Program-made: the position numbers and the translations under genes
NCBI GenBank assembly: GCA_965662895.1
Contig: CBFIJH010000016.1
Span: 1 to 32,181, forward strand
Direction: 5' to 3'
Source: Candidatus Poseidoniaceae archaeon
GTDB lineage: Archaea > Thermoplasmatota > Poseidoniia > Poseidoniales > Poseidoniaceae
Length of the DNA: 32,181 nucleotides
Shown: positions 9,485 to 17,448 of the stretch, piece after piece
How the letters are laid out: every line of letters begins with the position of its first letter
Position numbering within the stretch: position 1 is the stretch's first letter
The notes under the pieces: generated by a model
The model's database searches: none
Told to the model about the DNA's origin: nothing
Seen by the model: only the letters and a program-made list of their open reading frames with translations

Positions 9485-9991
9485 ATGGATTCACCAAGCC
9501 GAGTGTATGTCCCTTCCGTTCTTGAAGCGGACGGCAATGCCATCGGAATGGGATGTTTCAGCACAGAACAAATTGCTTGGGAGGTCATGAAGACGTTCCT
9601 TGCGAAAAGTGAACAAATGAATCTTCAGCAAGCGACCATCGTAGCCTGGGATGTTGATGTTGTAGGCGAAAGTGGAATGACCATTCTAACCACACTCGAA
9701 GGCAAGATTTGTCCTGTATGTCAACGGAGAACATTTTGGGTCGACCTTGAACACTTGTCCGCCTTGTGTTATGGTTCTCAATGTTCTGCATGGATTGAAC
9801 AGAGTACAGTTGATCCTGAAATTATCGATTGTGGATGGCCTCCACTTCGGTTCTTGAAGCAGGTGAAAGAAATTGAAGAAGCCTACAATGAATTGCGAAC
9901 TGTTGGAGCAGATGCTCTTGCGTCAACGGATGAACACCCAGATATTGTGACTCAGGCTATGTATGAGTCCACACATCAACCGACGGAATGA
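9485..9991 (+). CDS. Hypothetical protein with a four-Cys putative Zn site
   Basis: 168-aa ORF filling the gap; CPVC...CYGSQC; promoter-like TTGAAAG begins 29 nt upstream. Confidence 0.75.
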   Translation: MDSPSRVYVPSVLEADGNAIGMGCFSTEQIAWEVMKTFLAKSEQMNLQQATIVAWDVDVVGESGMTILTTLEGKICPVCQRRTFWVDLEHLSALCYGSQCSAWIEQSTVDPEIIDCGWPPLRFLKQVKEIEEAYNELRTVGADALASTDEHPDIVTQAMYESTHQPTE

Positions 9992-11761
9992 TTACATCTC
10001 CTCGATGGGGTTGATTCCTAAACCTTCAAGGCCGGTTCGCATCAGTTTTCGTGCCATTTCGCTGATGGCATGGGCAAATCCATCGACCTTTCCGTCTTGA
10101 ATGACGGGACAATCCCGATAAAACCCATTGTAGGCATTGGCGAGTTCAAGCATATGCAATGCAAAGAGATGTGCTTTTTGTTCTCGAACTGATCGTTCAA
10201 GCACATCGTTGTGGGTGCACATCAATCGAAGCAAATCAAGCAGACCTTCCGGCATGGCCTCGATCGAAGGGCATACTACAGGCGTCGTTGTCAATGCTTT
10301 CGCACGCTTTGAAATCGAACAGGCTCGAGTATGAGCGTACATGATGAATGGAGCAGAGCCTGCTTCAAAGGCAAGGGCTTCCTCCCATCGAAAAATGAAT
10401 CCTTTTTCTGGACTTACTTTGATGATGTTAAATCGGACGGCTGCAGTACCAACAGCTTCCGCTATTGTTGCAACTTTATCTTCATCGTATTCTGGACGAA
10501 GTTCACGAACAACTGCAGAGGCTTGTGCATGTGCTTCTTCCAGCAAGTCATCCATGAACACAACGTTGCCCTGTCGAGTGCTCATTTTCCCTTCTGGCAA
10601 CTTGATGAACGAGTAAAACAAGACCTCAGGTCGTTCATGACCGAGTTCTTCCAAGGTTAAGCCGACTTGCTTTGCTTGCAATTTATGGTCCTCACCAAGA
10701 ACGTTGACGAGTCGGTTTGATTGACTCCATTTCCAGATGTGATACGCCACATCACGGGTTGCATAAAGGCTCGAACCATCGCCTCTCCTGTAGAAGAAAT
10801 CCGTCTTTCCTTTGAGACCGCGTTGACCAAGATCAAGATACCCCGCGCCGTTGTCTGCTGTACCTGCTATGTCAAAGCCATCCAACGTTTCCATGAGTTT
10901 GGCGACCGTTCCATCCACAACAAATCTTGACTCTTTTGTGAACGTATCGTACGAGATTCCGAGGCGTGAGAGTGTTGAAAGCATGCCATCGAGAACGGGT
11001 GAATACGCCGATTCAAATGCCTCAAGAACACCTACATCCCCATGCTCACTGGCATGAACAAGTTCACCAATCTCACGCTCAATCTCTTCTTTTCGAGAAT
11101 CATCCGCTTCCTTTCGTAAGATTTGAGCAGCTTGGTACCATCGAACACGCTTGTGATCCGCCTTCGTCAACCATCGCTCAGAGGGCGGCTCACGTTCTGC
11201 AAGAAGTTGGTTGACATCGCCTTCGTCAAGATGTTCAAGCGCCCAAGCAAGAACGCCCACTTGTTTGCCCATGTCATCGACGTAGTATTCAGCGCGAACG
11301 TCGTCTCCGTGAAGGCGATGCAGGCGTACCAGCGTATCCCCTATGATGGCGTTTCGAGCACGTCCAACATGAAACGGTCCATTTGGATTCGCGGAAGTAT
11401 GTTCAATCAGTACCTTTTCTCCGGTTTTTCCCGAGTTTGTTTCTGCTGAACCAACGTACAGTTCATTGGAAAGAATGACACGTGCCAACCATTCGGGATT
11501 GGCTTTGAAGTTCAGATATCCATTGACAGACGTCACCTCAAGTAAAGCATCAATGGTGGGAAATGATGCAGCGAGTTCGTCTGCAATCGCATTCGGTGCC
11601 ATCTTCAAGGTCGAGGCAAAGGGAAAGCAAGGCAACGTCAAGTCACCTTGTGTTGATTCCCGGCTCGGTTGAAGCATTGGATCCCAGCGCGCTTTTTCGA
11701 CCCCTTTGTCCGATAGCAATCGTTCAAGATGTGGTGAAATCATTGTTTGAAGGAGTTTCAA
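9992..11761 (-). CDS. argS: Arginine--tRNA ligase
   Basis: EHTSANPNGPFHVGRARN (HIGH), KMSTRQG, YAHTRACSI, FYRDCPV. TTG start with SD GAGGTG overlapping the aRF1 stop. Confidence 0.97.
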   Translation of the reverse strand: MKLLQTMISPHLERLLSDKGVEKARWDPMLQPSRESTQGDLTLPCFPFASTLKMAPNAIADELAASFPTIDALLEVTSVNGYLNFKANPEWLARVILSNELYVGSAETNSGKTGEKVLIEHTSANPNGPFHVGRARNAIIGDTLVRLHRLHGDDVRAEYYVDDMGKQVGVLAWALEHLDEGDVNQLLAEREPPSERWLTKADHKRVRWYQAAQILRKEADDSRKEEIEREIGELVHASEHGDVGVLEAFESAYSPVLDGMLSTLSRLGISYDTFTKESRFVVDGTVAKLMETLDGFDIAGTADNGAGYLDLGQRGLKGKTDFFYRRGDGSSLYATRDVAYHIWKWSQSNRLVNVLGEDHKLQAKQVGLTLEELGHERPEVLFYSFIKLPEGKMSTRQGNVVFMDDLLEEAHAQASAVVRELRPEYDEDKVATIAEAVGTAAVRFNIIKVSPEKGFIFRWEEALAFEAGSAPFIMYAHTRACSISKRAKALTTTPVVCPSIEAMPEGLLDLLRLMCTHNDVLERSVREQKAHLFALHMLELANAYNGFYRDCPVIQDGKVDGFAHAISEMARKLMRTGLEGLGINPIEEM

Positions 11762-11770
11762 TTCAACACC

Positions 11771-13018
11771 TCACATTATTGGATAACGAAGAATCGCAGC
11801 AAGTCCACCAAAGCCATGTGCCAGTTGGGCGCCTTCTTCTGTATCAATTGAAATGAAGGCAATCTCACTCTTTGATTTGGCAGCCATTTCACTCAACACA
11901 TCGATGAGCGAGGTATTGGACAGCTCCTTGTGCCCATCATTGCTCGCATCGCAAGATGGGCAGGTTGGTAGTTCCTCGGTTCTTGATAGGGAAGACGTCC
12001 AAATGTGACCACATGCGCCGCACTCAATTTCAACAGAATTCTTACGCATACTCTCAGAGATGAGGAGCGTGTCGACAGCCCCTTGTTCGAGTGCTTGACG
12101 TAGCATCATCTCGCCGTATGTTGCTCGCGGTTGCGATTTGATCAATTCCGAAAGAAACCGATTCATGATTTGACGTTCGGCGTCCAACTCAATTTCACCC
12201 ATGAGCGCTCCTGCATTATCGACAAGTTCACGCACACCGGACTCGTTTGAATAGCCAACATCGAAATGTGTCTTCGCTATTTTCTTTGCAATTTCATGAT
12301 GGAAGTATTCGTTGCGAACAACGTAATCCTTGGTAGCCCCTGGACCACCGATAATGATGGCCTGAATGTTCTCAAGATTTGGTAACCAATAGGAACAAGC
12401 ATGCTCCGTAGCTCGCTTGAAGAAGTTGTGCGCTGCTTCTTCAATCAGTCTTTCAAAACGTTGCGCTGATTGACCACCTTGACGGTGCTTCCCCATGATG
12501 TTGGAGACAAGATGCTCCTGGACGTGAATGCGCTTTCCGGAGGCAATTCCATAAGCAGCCTCTGAGCGATCGATAACAAACAAACCGTAGGAACGTTTGT
12601 CGACAAGCATGTCTTCAAGTTGCGTCAATTCAAACGTTGAGTCGCAACGATATCGAAACGAGAGCAACTCTTGTGGAGGATCATCAATAACCACTGTGGT
12701 TTGACGCGTCTTGTTGTTCCCGACAATGATTGCACCCGTAAAAAGGGCAATTCCTCGCTCTCCTGCTGTCTTGAAGCGAGAAAGCGACGAAATTGCAGAT
12801 TCAATCGCTCCTTGTACATTCTTTCGAGTGGACTTGGATTTGATGTTTGCAGCTTGTCCATGCTCATTTTGCAGCAAAGAACGTGCATCGCTGATTTGCC
12901 GGTCTGGTGGAATAATGACCGTGACGAGTTCTGTTCCGAAACCCTTCATCTCACGTAGGTCCTCGAGCGCGAGTTTTAGTCGGAGTCGACGTGTTGCGAG
13001 TTCACCATCTTCCGACAC
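11771..13018 (-). CDS. prf1: Peptide chain release factor aRF1
   Basis: GTELVT, NIKS, YRCD, GGQS motifs; C-terminal Zn-ribbon insert CGAC...CPSC; FGGLAAILRY. Confidence 0.97.
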   Translation of the reverse strand: MSEDGELATRRLRLKLALEDLREMKGFGTELVTVIIPPDRQISDARSLLQNEHGQAANIKSKSTRKNVQGAIESAISSLSRFKTAGERGIALFTGAIIVGNNKTRQTTVVIDDPPQELLSFRYRCDSTFELTQLEDMLVDKRSYGLFVIDRSEAAYGIASGKRIHVQEHLVSNIMGKHRQGGQSAQRFERLIEEAAHNFFKRATEHACSYWLPNLENIQAIIIGGPGATKDYVVRNEYFHHEIAKKIAKTHFDVGYSNESGVRELVDNAGALMGEIELDAERQIMNRFLSELIKSQPRATYGEMMLRQALEQGAVDTLLISESMRKNSVEIECGACGHIWTSSLSRTEELPTCPSCDASNDGHKELSNTSLIDVLSEMAAKSKSEIAFISIDTEEGAQLAHGFGGLAAILRYPIM

Positions 13019-13020
13019 GC

Positions 13021-13118
13021 TTCGACCCCCTAGCCTTTGGGGTCGAACCGAGGGTTTTCAACCCTCGCCTTGGATTTGATAGGACAAGCCATAAGAAACG
13101 TCTTGCCGAGGCGTTTCT
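13021..13118. repeat. Three inverted repeats in the aRF1/pyrH divergent intergenic region
   Basis: TTCGACCCC/GGGGTCGAA (13021-13047); CGAGGGTT/AACCCTCG (13049-13067); AGAAACGTCT/AGGCGTTTCT (13094-13118, one G-U pair). Confidence 0.8.
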
Positions 13119-13820
13119 ATGGTCGCACCAGCAATCGTTGCACTCGGAGGCTCGCTCCTCTATGGCGACCATGATGTCAAAACGTGGCTTGGACAACTTC
13201 GACAAACGATTGTTCATCTCGAGGGCAATGGTCGAAAAATTGGCCTTGTTGTTGGTGGAGGAAAACCTGCACGGGAAGGAATTCAACTAGCGGAGCATCT
13301 TCTCTCCGACCGATTCAAACTTGATGAAATAGGAATCGCTGCGACAAGGTTGAATGCAACAATCTTGCAAACCATGCTTGCTGAAATTGGTTGCAATGTT
13401 GCGAATGTGGTACCAACAACTACCGATGAAGCGGCCGAGTTGTTTGAAAGATTCAACATCGTCGTCATGGGCGGCACAAAACCAGGACATACCACCGATG
13501 CAGTGAGTGTCGCTTTTGCGAGAGACGCTGGTGCTGCTCACGTCATCATCGCCACCAATGTCTCGCACGTGTATTCAGCAGACCCACGAAAATTCGACGA
13601 TGCTGAACCGATTGAAACGCTCACACTGCACGAACTCCAACAAATAACCGGTAAAGAAGCGCTTGGCCCTGGTGAAAGCGCAGCTGTCGATCCAATTGCC
13701 GTCAACTGGGCCATCAGTTGTGGATTAAGAATCGGCGTTCTCGATGGGCGAGATATCCGTCGTATTGAAGATGCATTGGAAGGACGGCCCTTTGAGGGAA
13801 CCCTGGTTCAACCGGAGTGA
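13119..13820 (+). CDS. pyrH: UMP kinase (archaeal type)
   Basis: LGGS, VVGGGKPAR, DEIGIAATRLNA, MGGTKPGHTTDAV, TNVSHVYSADP. Confidence 0.94.
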   Translation: MVAPAIVALGGSLLYGDHDVKTWLGQLRQTIVHLEGNGRKIGLVVGGGKPAREGIQLAEHLLSDRFKLDEIGIAATRLNATILQTMLAEIGCNVANVVPTTTDEAAELFERFNIVVMGGTKPGHTTDAVSVAFARDAGAAHVIIATNVSHVYSADPRKFDDAEPIETLTLHELQQITGKEALGPGESAAVDPIAVNWAISCGLRIGVLDGRDIRRIEDALEGRPFEGTLVQPE

Positions 13821-13824
13821 TTCG

Positions 13825-14094
13825 ATGGTCGATGCATCAGCCGTAAAGAAAAAAGTCAAAAACATGCCAAAGCGCTCGAAAGCGCAGGCATACATCCCAT
13901 CGCACAAACATTGTCGAGTCTGTGGAATCGACATTTCAGCCAAGGCAGAAGAGCGTGTCTGCAAGGATGAAGATTGCATCAAAAAATACGAGAAAGATGA
14001 GAAGAACAAGGAACGAATGCGAGTGTGGATGCTCATCTTTTTCGGCATCTTCGCCTTTTTGACCATCTTGCCCGTTCTTGCCAGACTAATGTGA
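13825..14094 (+). CDS. DUF2116-like Zn-ribbon membrane protein
   Basis: IPSHKHCRVCG....C...C, then a charged helix and a C-terminal TM. SD GGAGTGA precedes ATG 13825. Confidence 0.75.
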   Translation: MVDASAVKKKVKNMPKRSKAQAYIPSHKHCRVCGIDISAKAEERVCKDEDCIKKYEKDEKNKERMRVWMLIFFGIFAFLTILPVLARLM

Positions 14095-14096
14095 GC

Positions 14097-15209
14097 TCAA
14101 TCCGAGCGATGCCAGCCTTCGGGCAAGACCAATGGGTCAACAACTTGTGCAGCTTTGACTTTACGAACAATTTCCAGGCGCAATGCATCAAGCCCAACAT
14201 TCTCCAAAGCACTCATTGTGGGTCGCCCTTCATCATCGTAGAGAAGCGGTAACTTTGGCTCGCCTTGGGAGCCGTGTTCACGCCAGCGTTCTTCGGACGC
14301 TTTGATGTCGTCCCAATCTTGTGGCAGAGGTTGAAGAGCATCCGCCTTGGAACTTACAACCAACAACTCTGTTCCGGGCAACAGTCGCTCAACGTTGTCA
14401 AGTAAACTCATTTGGTCTTCCCAGGGCATACCGCATGTTTCGGTTCGATCGATGAGAAACAGAACCAAACTACCAACATGTTCCAAGGCAGCAATGGCTT
14501 GAAGTTCAATCGAATTTCTCTCGTCCATTGGCCGGTCAAGCAAACCAGGAGTATCGACCAACTGGTGTTGCAAGCGCCGATGCGTGAAGTGTCCAATATG
14601 GATTTGTTTGGTTGTGAACGGATAATGGTTCACTTCCATATTCCCAGAAGAAAGAGCGCGAATAAAGGCGGATTTACCGACGTTTGGAGCACCACAAACA
14701 ACGATGACAGGTAAGCTGTTGTCGATTTGTGGAAGCGCTTTGAGAATTTCACGGGATTCATTCAGCCATTTTAGAGAAGGCCCTACACGACCCATGATTG
14801 AGCCAATCCGGCCATATGCTTCTCGACGTGCCTCATGCATCAACTCGATTCGAGCCGTTCGTACAATCTTCCTGTTGTTCTGTGAAGCAATGCGCTGAAC
14901 TTGCTTTGCACCCCATTGCAACATGGAAAGGTGATGTCGATAATCGTCCGTACCAACACATGCTTCGATCATAGCAACATCGAACTGTGGCGACTGATCA
15001 AGCGAAGGCCAGGTTTGAACCGTTTCTGTAAAAATCGTGTGAATAATGTCTGCTGCAGTCTGAACCATCCGCGTTAACTGCTTGCGGGTTCGAAACACTC
15101 GGTTCACGTCGACGACACGATCGGCGGCCTTCCGAGCACGAGAGAAGGCTTTGTCGAGAACTTCGTCCTCGAACAAGACCGTTGGCAACTGCCTCCACGT
15201 GACTTTCAT
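14097..15209 (-). CDS. NOG1-family (OBG-like) GTP-binding protein
   Basis: LDKAFSRA N-terminal helical domain; G1 GAPNVGKS, G2 YPFTT, G3 DTPGLLDRP, G4 SKAD. Confidence 0.93.
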   Translation of the reverse strand: MKVTWRQLPTVLFEDEVLDKAFSRARKAADRVVDVNRVFRTRKQLTRMVQTAADIIHTIFTETVQTWPSLDQSPQFDVAMIEACVGTDDYRHHLSMLQWGAKQVQRIASQNNRKIVRTARIELMHEARREAYGRIGSIMGRVGPSLKWLNESREILKALPQIDNSLPVIVVCGAPNVGKSAFIRALSSGNMEVNHYPFTTKQIHIGHFTHRRLQHQLVDTPGLLDRPMDERNSIELQAIAALEHVGSLVLFLIDRTETCGMPWEDQMSLLDNVERLLPGTELLVVSSKADALQPLPQDWDDIKASEERWREHGSQGEPKLPLLYDDEGRPTMSALENVGLDALRLEIVRKVKAAQVVDPLVLPEGWHRSD

Positions 15210-15320
15210 CTGAACCCCGATTCAAGCGGAGCGTCAACACTTCAAGAACCCATCACTCCAATATCGACTCGAACAAAGAAATTGCACATTGTTATGTAGG
15301 GTCGCCAACCAGACAACGAC

Positions 15321-15764
15321 ATGGCGAAGAAATCAAACAAGGTTGACCTTCCTGATTGGGCTGTTGGATTGTGGAAAGATTTGGGTTCACCCTCGCTGAA
15401 CAAACTCAAGAGCGTCCACAATGGCGACCTTCTCGAACGAAGAAACGGATTGAGGAGAGACGATTTGATTGAGATACTTATCGATGCTCGAGCACTTCTT
15501 TCCGATTCGGACCCATGGGTTCGAGGACGACTCATCTCCTCAGGAAAAACAAGTTTGGAAATTCTCGATGAAGACGGTGTCCAGCGCTTTATCGCTCGCG
15601 ACACGGTTGTTCAAATTGTTCTCGTTGCACACACTCGACCTGCCTACATCGACGACAAGGAACTCCTTGCCTTTGAGCGAGAAGACATGAAACGCCGCTC
15701 AACACTCCATGAAAAGGTCGAGAAAGAAACGACCGGGAACGATGACGCTCATCTTTGGGGCTGA
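15321..15764 (+). CDS. Hypothetical protein, possible Sm/LSm-like beta fold
   Basis: 147-aa ORF heading a three-gene run; central VRGRLISSGKTSLEIL....RFIARDTVVQIVL has Sm1/Sm2-like patterning. Confidence 0.7.
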   Translation: MAKKSNKVDLPDWAVGLWKDLGSPSLNKLKSVHNGDLLERRNGLRRDDLIEILIDARALLSDSDPWVRGRLISSGKTSLEILDEDGVQRFIARDTVVQIVLVAHTRPAYIDDKELLAFEREDMKRRSTLHEKVEKETTGNDDAHLWG

Positions 15765-15768
15765 AAAC

Positions 15769-16014
15769 ATGGATGTTCCGAATGGTTGGTCGATTCAAGA
15801 AGATCGCCTGATGCGGGAATTCGGTTTCGAGAACTTTGCTCAAGCGAAAACATTTGTTGACAAAATTAGTGTTGTTTGTGAGGCAAAGAATCACCATGCT
15901 GACCTTCACTTCGGATGGGGATACGTAATTGTGGAATTGACCACGCATGACCAAAAAAAGGTCACGCAACTTGACGTCGAGGTCGCTGTCTCAATCAATG
16001 CCCTTGAGGATTGA
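15769..16014 (+). CDS. phhB: Pterin-4a-carbinolamine dehydratase
   Basis: GW....L.REFGFENF, EAKNHHADL, LTTHD, VTQLD. Start ATG 15769. Confidence 0.9.
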   Translation: MDVPNGWSIQEDRLMREFGFENFAQAKTFVDKISVVCEAKNHHADLHFGWGYVIVELTTHDQKKVTQLDVEVAVSINALED

Positions 16015-16016
16015 GT

Positions 16017-16358
16017 ATGCCAATCGATCCCAAAGGACGAGAAGCGCCAGGATACGAGCGTCATGTGTTCATTTGTGGACATGAACGACCGGATGGAGCA
16101 ACCCGTCCATCCTGCAAAAAACGAGGAAGTTTGGAATTGCTTACAAGCATCAAAATGGCAGCTCGCAAGCATGGTCTGAAAGACATTCGAATCCAAAAAT
16201 CTGGCTGCCTTGATTTCTGTGAAAATGGAATTGCATGCGTTGTTTATCCGAATGGTACGTGGTATCGACTCCATTCCAACATTGACGTCAAATCACTCAT
16301 CGAGCATCTTGAAACTGGAACCATCGATTCTGAGTTGTTGATGTCGTTTGATGCGTAA
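16017..16358 (+). CDS. Thioredoxin-like [2Fe-2S] ferredoxin
   Basis: HVFIC-x12-C, then SGCLDFC..G...VVYPNGTWY. Alternative start TTG 16011. Confidence 0.9.
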   Translation: MPIDPKGREAPGYERHVFICGHERPDGATRPSCKKRGSLELLTSIKMAARKHGLKDIRIQKSGCLDFCENGIACVVYPNGTWYRLHSNIDVKSLIEHLETGTIDSELLMSFDA

Positions 16359-16769
16359 TCAAAGTTTGACCGGTCGAGTTGCACCACAAGCCTGACACTT
16401 CAAAAGCGTGGTTCGGTCTTCCTTGATGAAATGCGTATCGGGTGCAGAACACTGGCTGCACTTGATGTACGTGTTCACGTAACTAACGATGGCTTTCTTC
16501 AATCGTTTTGGAGGAATTCGGCCTTTGAAGCGTGCGCGAGGGCCGTCGCGAGAGCCAGAGGTTCCCAATTCATTGAGGATGTATTGGTAAACGTGATTGT
16601 CATCCCGGTCCATCATTCCGACGACTTCTGTGAAGTTTCGAAGGATGGTGTTCGACCCTTCAATCATAATTTGAGGCTCGGGCAATCTCCATCGTGCACG
16701 GGAGGAAATGTCCTCAGGAATATTGTCACGTGCTCGATTCAAGAGTGTCTCGTAATCGAAGTCGCTCAT
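16359..16769 (-). CDS. eif2b: Translation initiation factor 2 beta subunit (aIF-2beta)
   Basis: DYETLLNRA, EGSNTILRNF, ELGTSG, YIKCSQCSAPDT, LKCQACGA. Start ATG 16769. Confidence 0.95.
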   Translation of the reverse strand: MSDFDYETLLNRARDNIPEDISSRARWRLPEPQIMIEGSNTILRNFTEVVGMMDRDDNHVYQYILNELGTSGSRDGPRARFKGRIPPKRLKKAIVSYVNTYIKCSQCSAPDTHFIKEDRTTLLKCQACGATRPVKL

Positions 16770-16860
16770 GACAACGCCTGAAGCCTCTTTCTCTTCAAGC
16801 CTTTGATGGAAATTATGCAAAGCCTTCATGGAGGAAAGCCTCCTCGCTCGGCGTGATAAC

Positions 16861-17439
16861 ATGGCACTCAGTATTGAAGAGTTGAAATCCATCGCCAAGA
16901 ATTTGCGTCAAGACGGCCTCAATTCACAACAAATTGCAGATGAATTGTCGCTTTCGCAAGATACCATCCAATGGCTGCTCACAGATTCCACATCCGAACG
17001 ACCTACCGATGTCCGAATTGGGTGGAGAACCATTGGAGTGCGACCTGCGAGAATAACGGCTATTGGTGAAATCATGGCCGATGTTGTTCTTGAAGAAGTC
17101 GAAGAGATCGACACCATCGTTGGGATTTCAATCAATGGAATTGCCTTCGCTCACGAAGTCGCTCAATCGCTCGACGTTGAGGTTGCAATTCATCGAAACG
17201 TCGATGGAGAACCCGGAGCAGGTGCTCTATCAAACAAATACGGTCAAGTCGGAGGAGGCAAAAAGGTCGCCATTATTGATGACGTTTTGTCCAGCGGGGT
17301 GACCATGAGCAATACCATCGCGGCCATCCGGGCTTCGGGTGGAGAAGTTGTTCTTGCCCTCGTTCTGGTCAACAAAACAGTGCGCAATGAAGTGGATAAT
17401 GTTCCGCTACGTGGATTGATTCGAGCCGTTCCAGTTTGA
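16861..17439 (+). CDS. gfcR: HTH plus orotate-phosphoribosyltransferase-like regulator (GfcR / PyrE-like family)
   Basis: N-terminal HTH GLNSQQIADELSLSQDTIQWLL, DVRIGWRTIG, PRPP-binding loop AIIDDVLSSG. Confidence 0.8.
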   Translation: MALSIEELKSIAKNLRQDGLNSQQIADELSLSQDTIQWLLTDSTSERPTDVRIGWRTIGVRPARITAIGEIMADVVLEEVEEIDTIVGISINGIAFAHEVAQSLDVEVAIHRNVDGEPGAGALSNKYGQVGGGKKVAIIDDVLSSGVTMSNTIAAIRASGGEVVLALVLVNKTVRNEVDNVPLRGLIRAVPV

Positions 17440-17448
17440 GGTGAAATC

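Noticed and set aside
11771-13018. Programmed frameshift or readthrough in the release factor gene
   Set aside because: The ORF is uninterrupted. The Zn-ribbon insert in domain 3 is a known feature of many aRF1s.
13021-13067. tRNA-like look on the minus strand: GAGGG-TTGAAAA-CCCTC (anticodon-arm geometry, GAA) followed by GGTTCGACCCC
   Set aside because: No D arm, acceptor stem, variable region or full T stem. The TTGAAAA is better explained as the promoter-like box.
16770-16898. Apparent head-to-head overlap of aIF-2beta and gfcR ORFs
   Set aside because: Artefact of longest-ORF calling. The likely starts at 16769 and 16861 leave a 91-nt spacer.
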